Origin: Chrysomallon squamiferum
Taxonomy: Eukaryota > Animalia > Mollusca
Reading direction: 5' to 3'
Assembly (NCBI GenBank): GCA_012295275.1
Contig: CM022669.1
Location: 4,278,001-4,342,000 of the forward strand
DNA length: 64,000 bases
Both the position numbers and the translations under genes were made by a program. Positions within the stretch are counted from its first letter, which is position 1. Each line of letters opens with the position of its first letter. The notes under the pieces are model-generated. The model was not told the origin of the DNA. It saw nothing but the letters and a program-made list of their open reading frames with translations, and did not search any database. Of this stretch, positions 57,218 to 64,000 are shown one piece after another.

Positions 57218-58375
57218 TATGATAAATTATTATTACTGTTACAAATAAACAAGATTATAGATCTTAGATATTTCTTCTACATAAGCACCAACACAAACAA
57301 GGAATACATGACCTGAATCAAGAGTACTTATTTCAATAAACAAAGCCTCAACGCACAGTGAAACAAACACAATGGACAGTTACTCAGTGTTGTAACTGAT
57401 CTGCCTGAGAATGGCTGACAGCTGCACTCTGATTCTGTTCTTGTGCCGCGCAAAGTTCTCTTCTTTTTTCTTTAATAATAAAACGTGTATCATCTTGAAA
57501 AACATGAGGCAATGGAGCGCTTATTTTTTAAATTATGTATCCGAACAGGCCTGTTCATAGTGTCTGATCAGTTTGAAAATGTTTTTAATGCAGTGTCATT
57601 GAAGGACGTAACTCGGTCTAATTCAGTTTTTTTTTCAGATGTCTTATTTCTCATAATTCATAGTTCTAATGATGAACAATACACATCATGTGCTGAGATA
57701 TATTTAATGTTTTTAACCTTTTTAATAATAATAATAATAAATAAAATAATAAATAATAACAATTAAAAGAAGACAAGGAAGAAAATGAAAATTATTTATG
57801 ATGTTTATTTTAGGAGTAACTTTTAATCACAGATCGCTTGTATCACAGTGAAAATATGTATAATGAACTTTTCTTTATATAATGATACAAACACACAGAC
57901 AAGGTGACAATATACACACAAATATAAAATAACCCGATTTCAGCAACGAAGTGGCTAATTAATAGAGTCTAGGTTCAGTTAAACTACAAATTAAAAAGAT
58001 CACTTTCTGCTGATTCAATATAAAAATATTACAAAATTTTTGTTTTTCAATTTGTAGTACCCCCCCAAAAAAAAAAATAAGACCACACTTTATTATAATT
58101 TCTCAATATTAATCTATAATAGATCTCTCATAGTGATTAACACTGCTTTATCTTAAGTATTTTAAAGAACAATTATAAATAGAGTTTAAAATTCCTAAGT
58201 ACAGTACTTATTAAAGTATTTAATCGACAGTAATCTACGAATCTTTATCACAAAACATCAGTTAGCCGTGACTAAATTTCCTACGTTTTTGTCAATTTTC
58301 TCTGCTGTAGTTGCATTGGTCCAAAGATAAAGAACATAACTGTAATCTTGTATTGATTCCATTCTCTGTCCAAAA

Positions 58376-64000
<5,625 letters not shown>

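Noticed and set aside
57485-57766. 93-aa plus-strand ORF in the B-C spacer
   Set aside because: The homologous A-B spacer has a stop and indels, and there is no recognisable motif.

Overview
AT-rich, microsatellite-dense eukaryotic DNA with spliced genes; the protein families suggest a lophotrochozoan, probably a mollusc (inference). Most ORFs in the supplied track are repeat artefacts. Gene models built by hand from GT-AG sites with matching phases: (1) a multi-CBM14 (peritrophin-A) chitin-binding protein terminal exon (+, 12.2-13.2 kb); (2) a 4-exon PAN/Apple-mucin stalk-transmembrane protein (-, 19.2-22.3 kb); (3) a 5-exon secreted protein with a duplicated alpha/beta domain and a Gly/Tyr-rich tail (-, 25.7-28.9 kb); (4) a 7-exon CLN6 orthologue (+, 30.0-36.2 kb); (5) a tandem array of at least three 8-exon hillarin/KY-like transglutaminase-fold pseudoenzyme genes on ~10.5-11 kb units (-, 36.4 kb to window end). 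DNA transposon remnants include a Tigger element, a mariner fragment, a hAT end and a ~0.5 kb MITE. Several single-base frameshifts suggest an imperfectly polished assembly. The most notable items are complementary (GA)n/(TC)n tracts bracketing exon 5 in all three hillarin-like copies, copy-specific divergence within the array, and a cluster of three candidate extracellular-matrix genes. None of these is a demonstrated new system; they are testable hypotheses.
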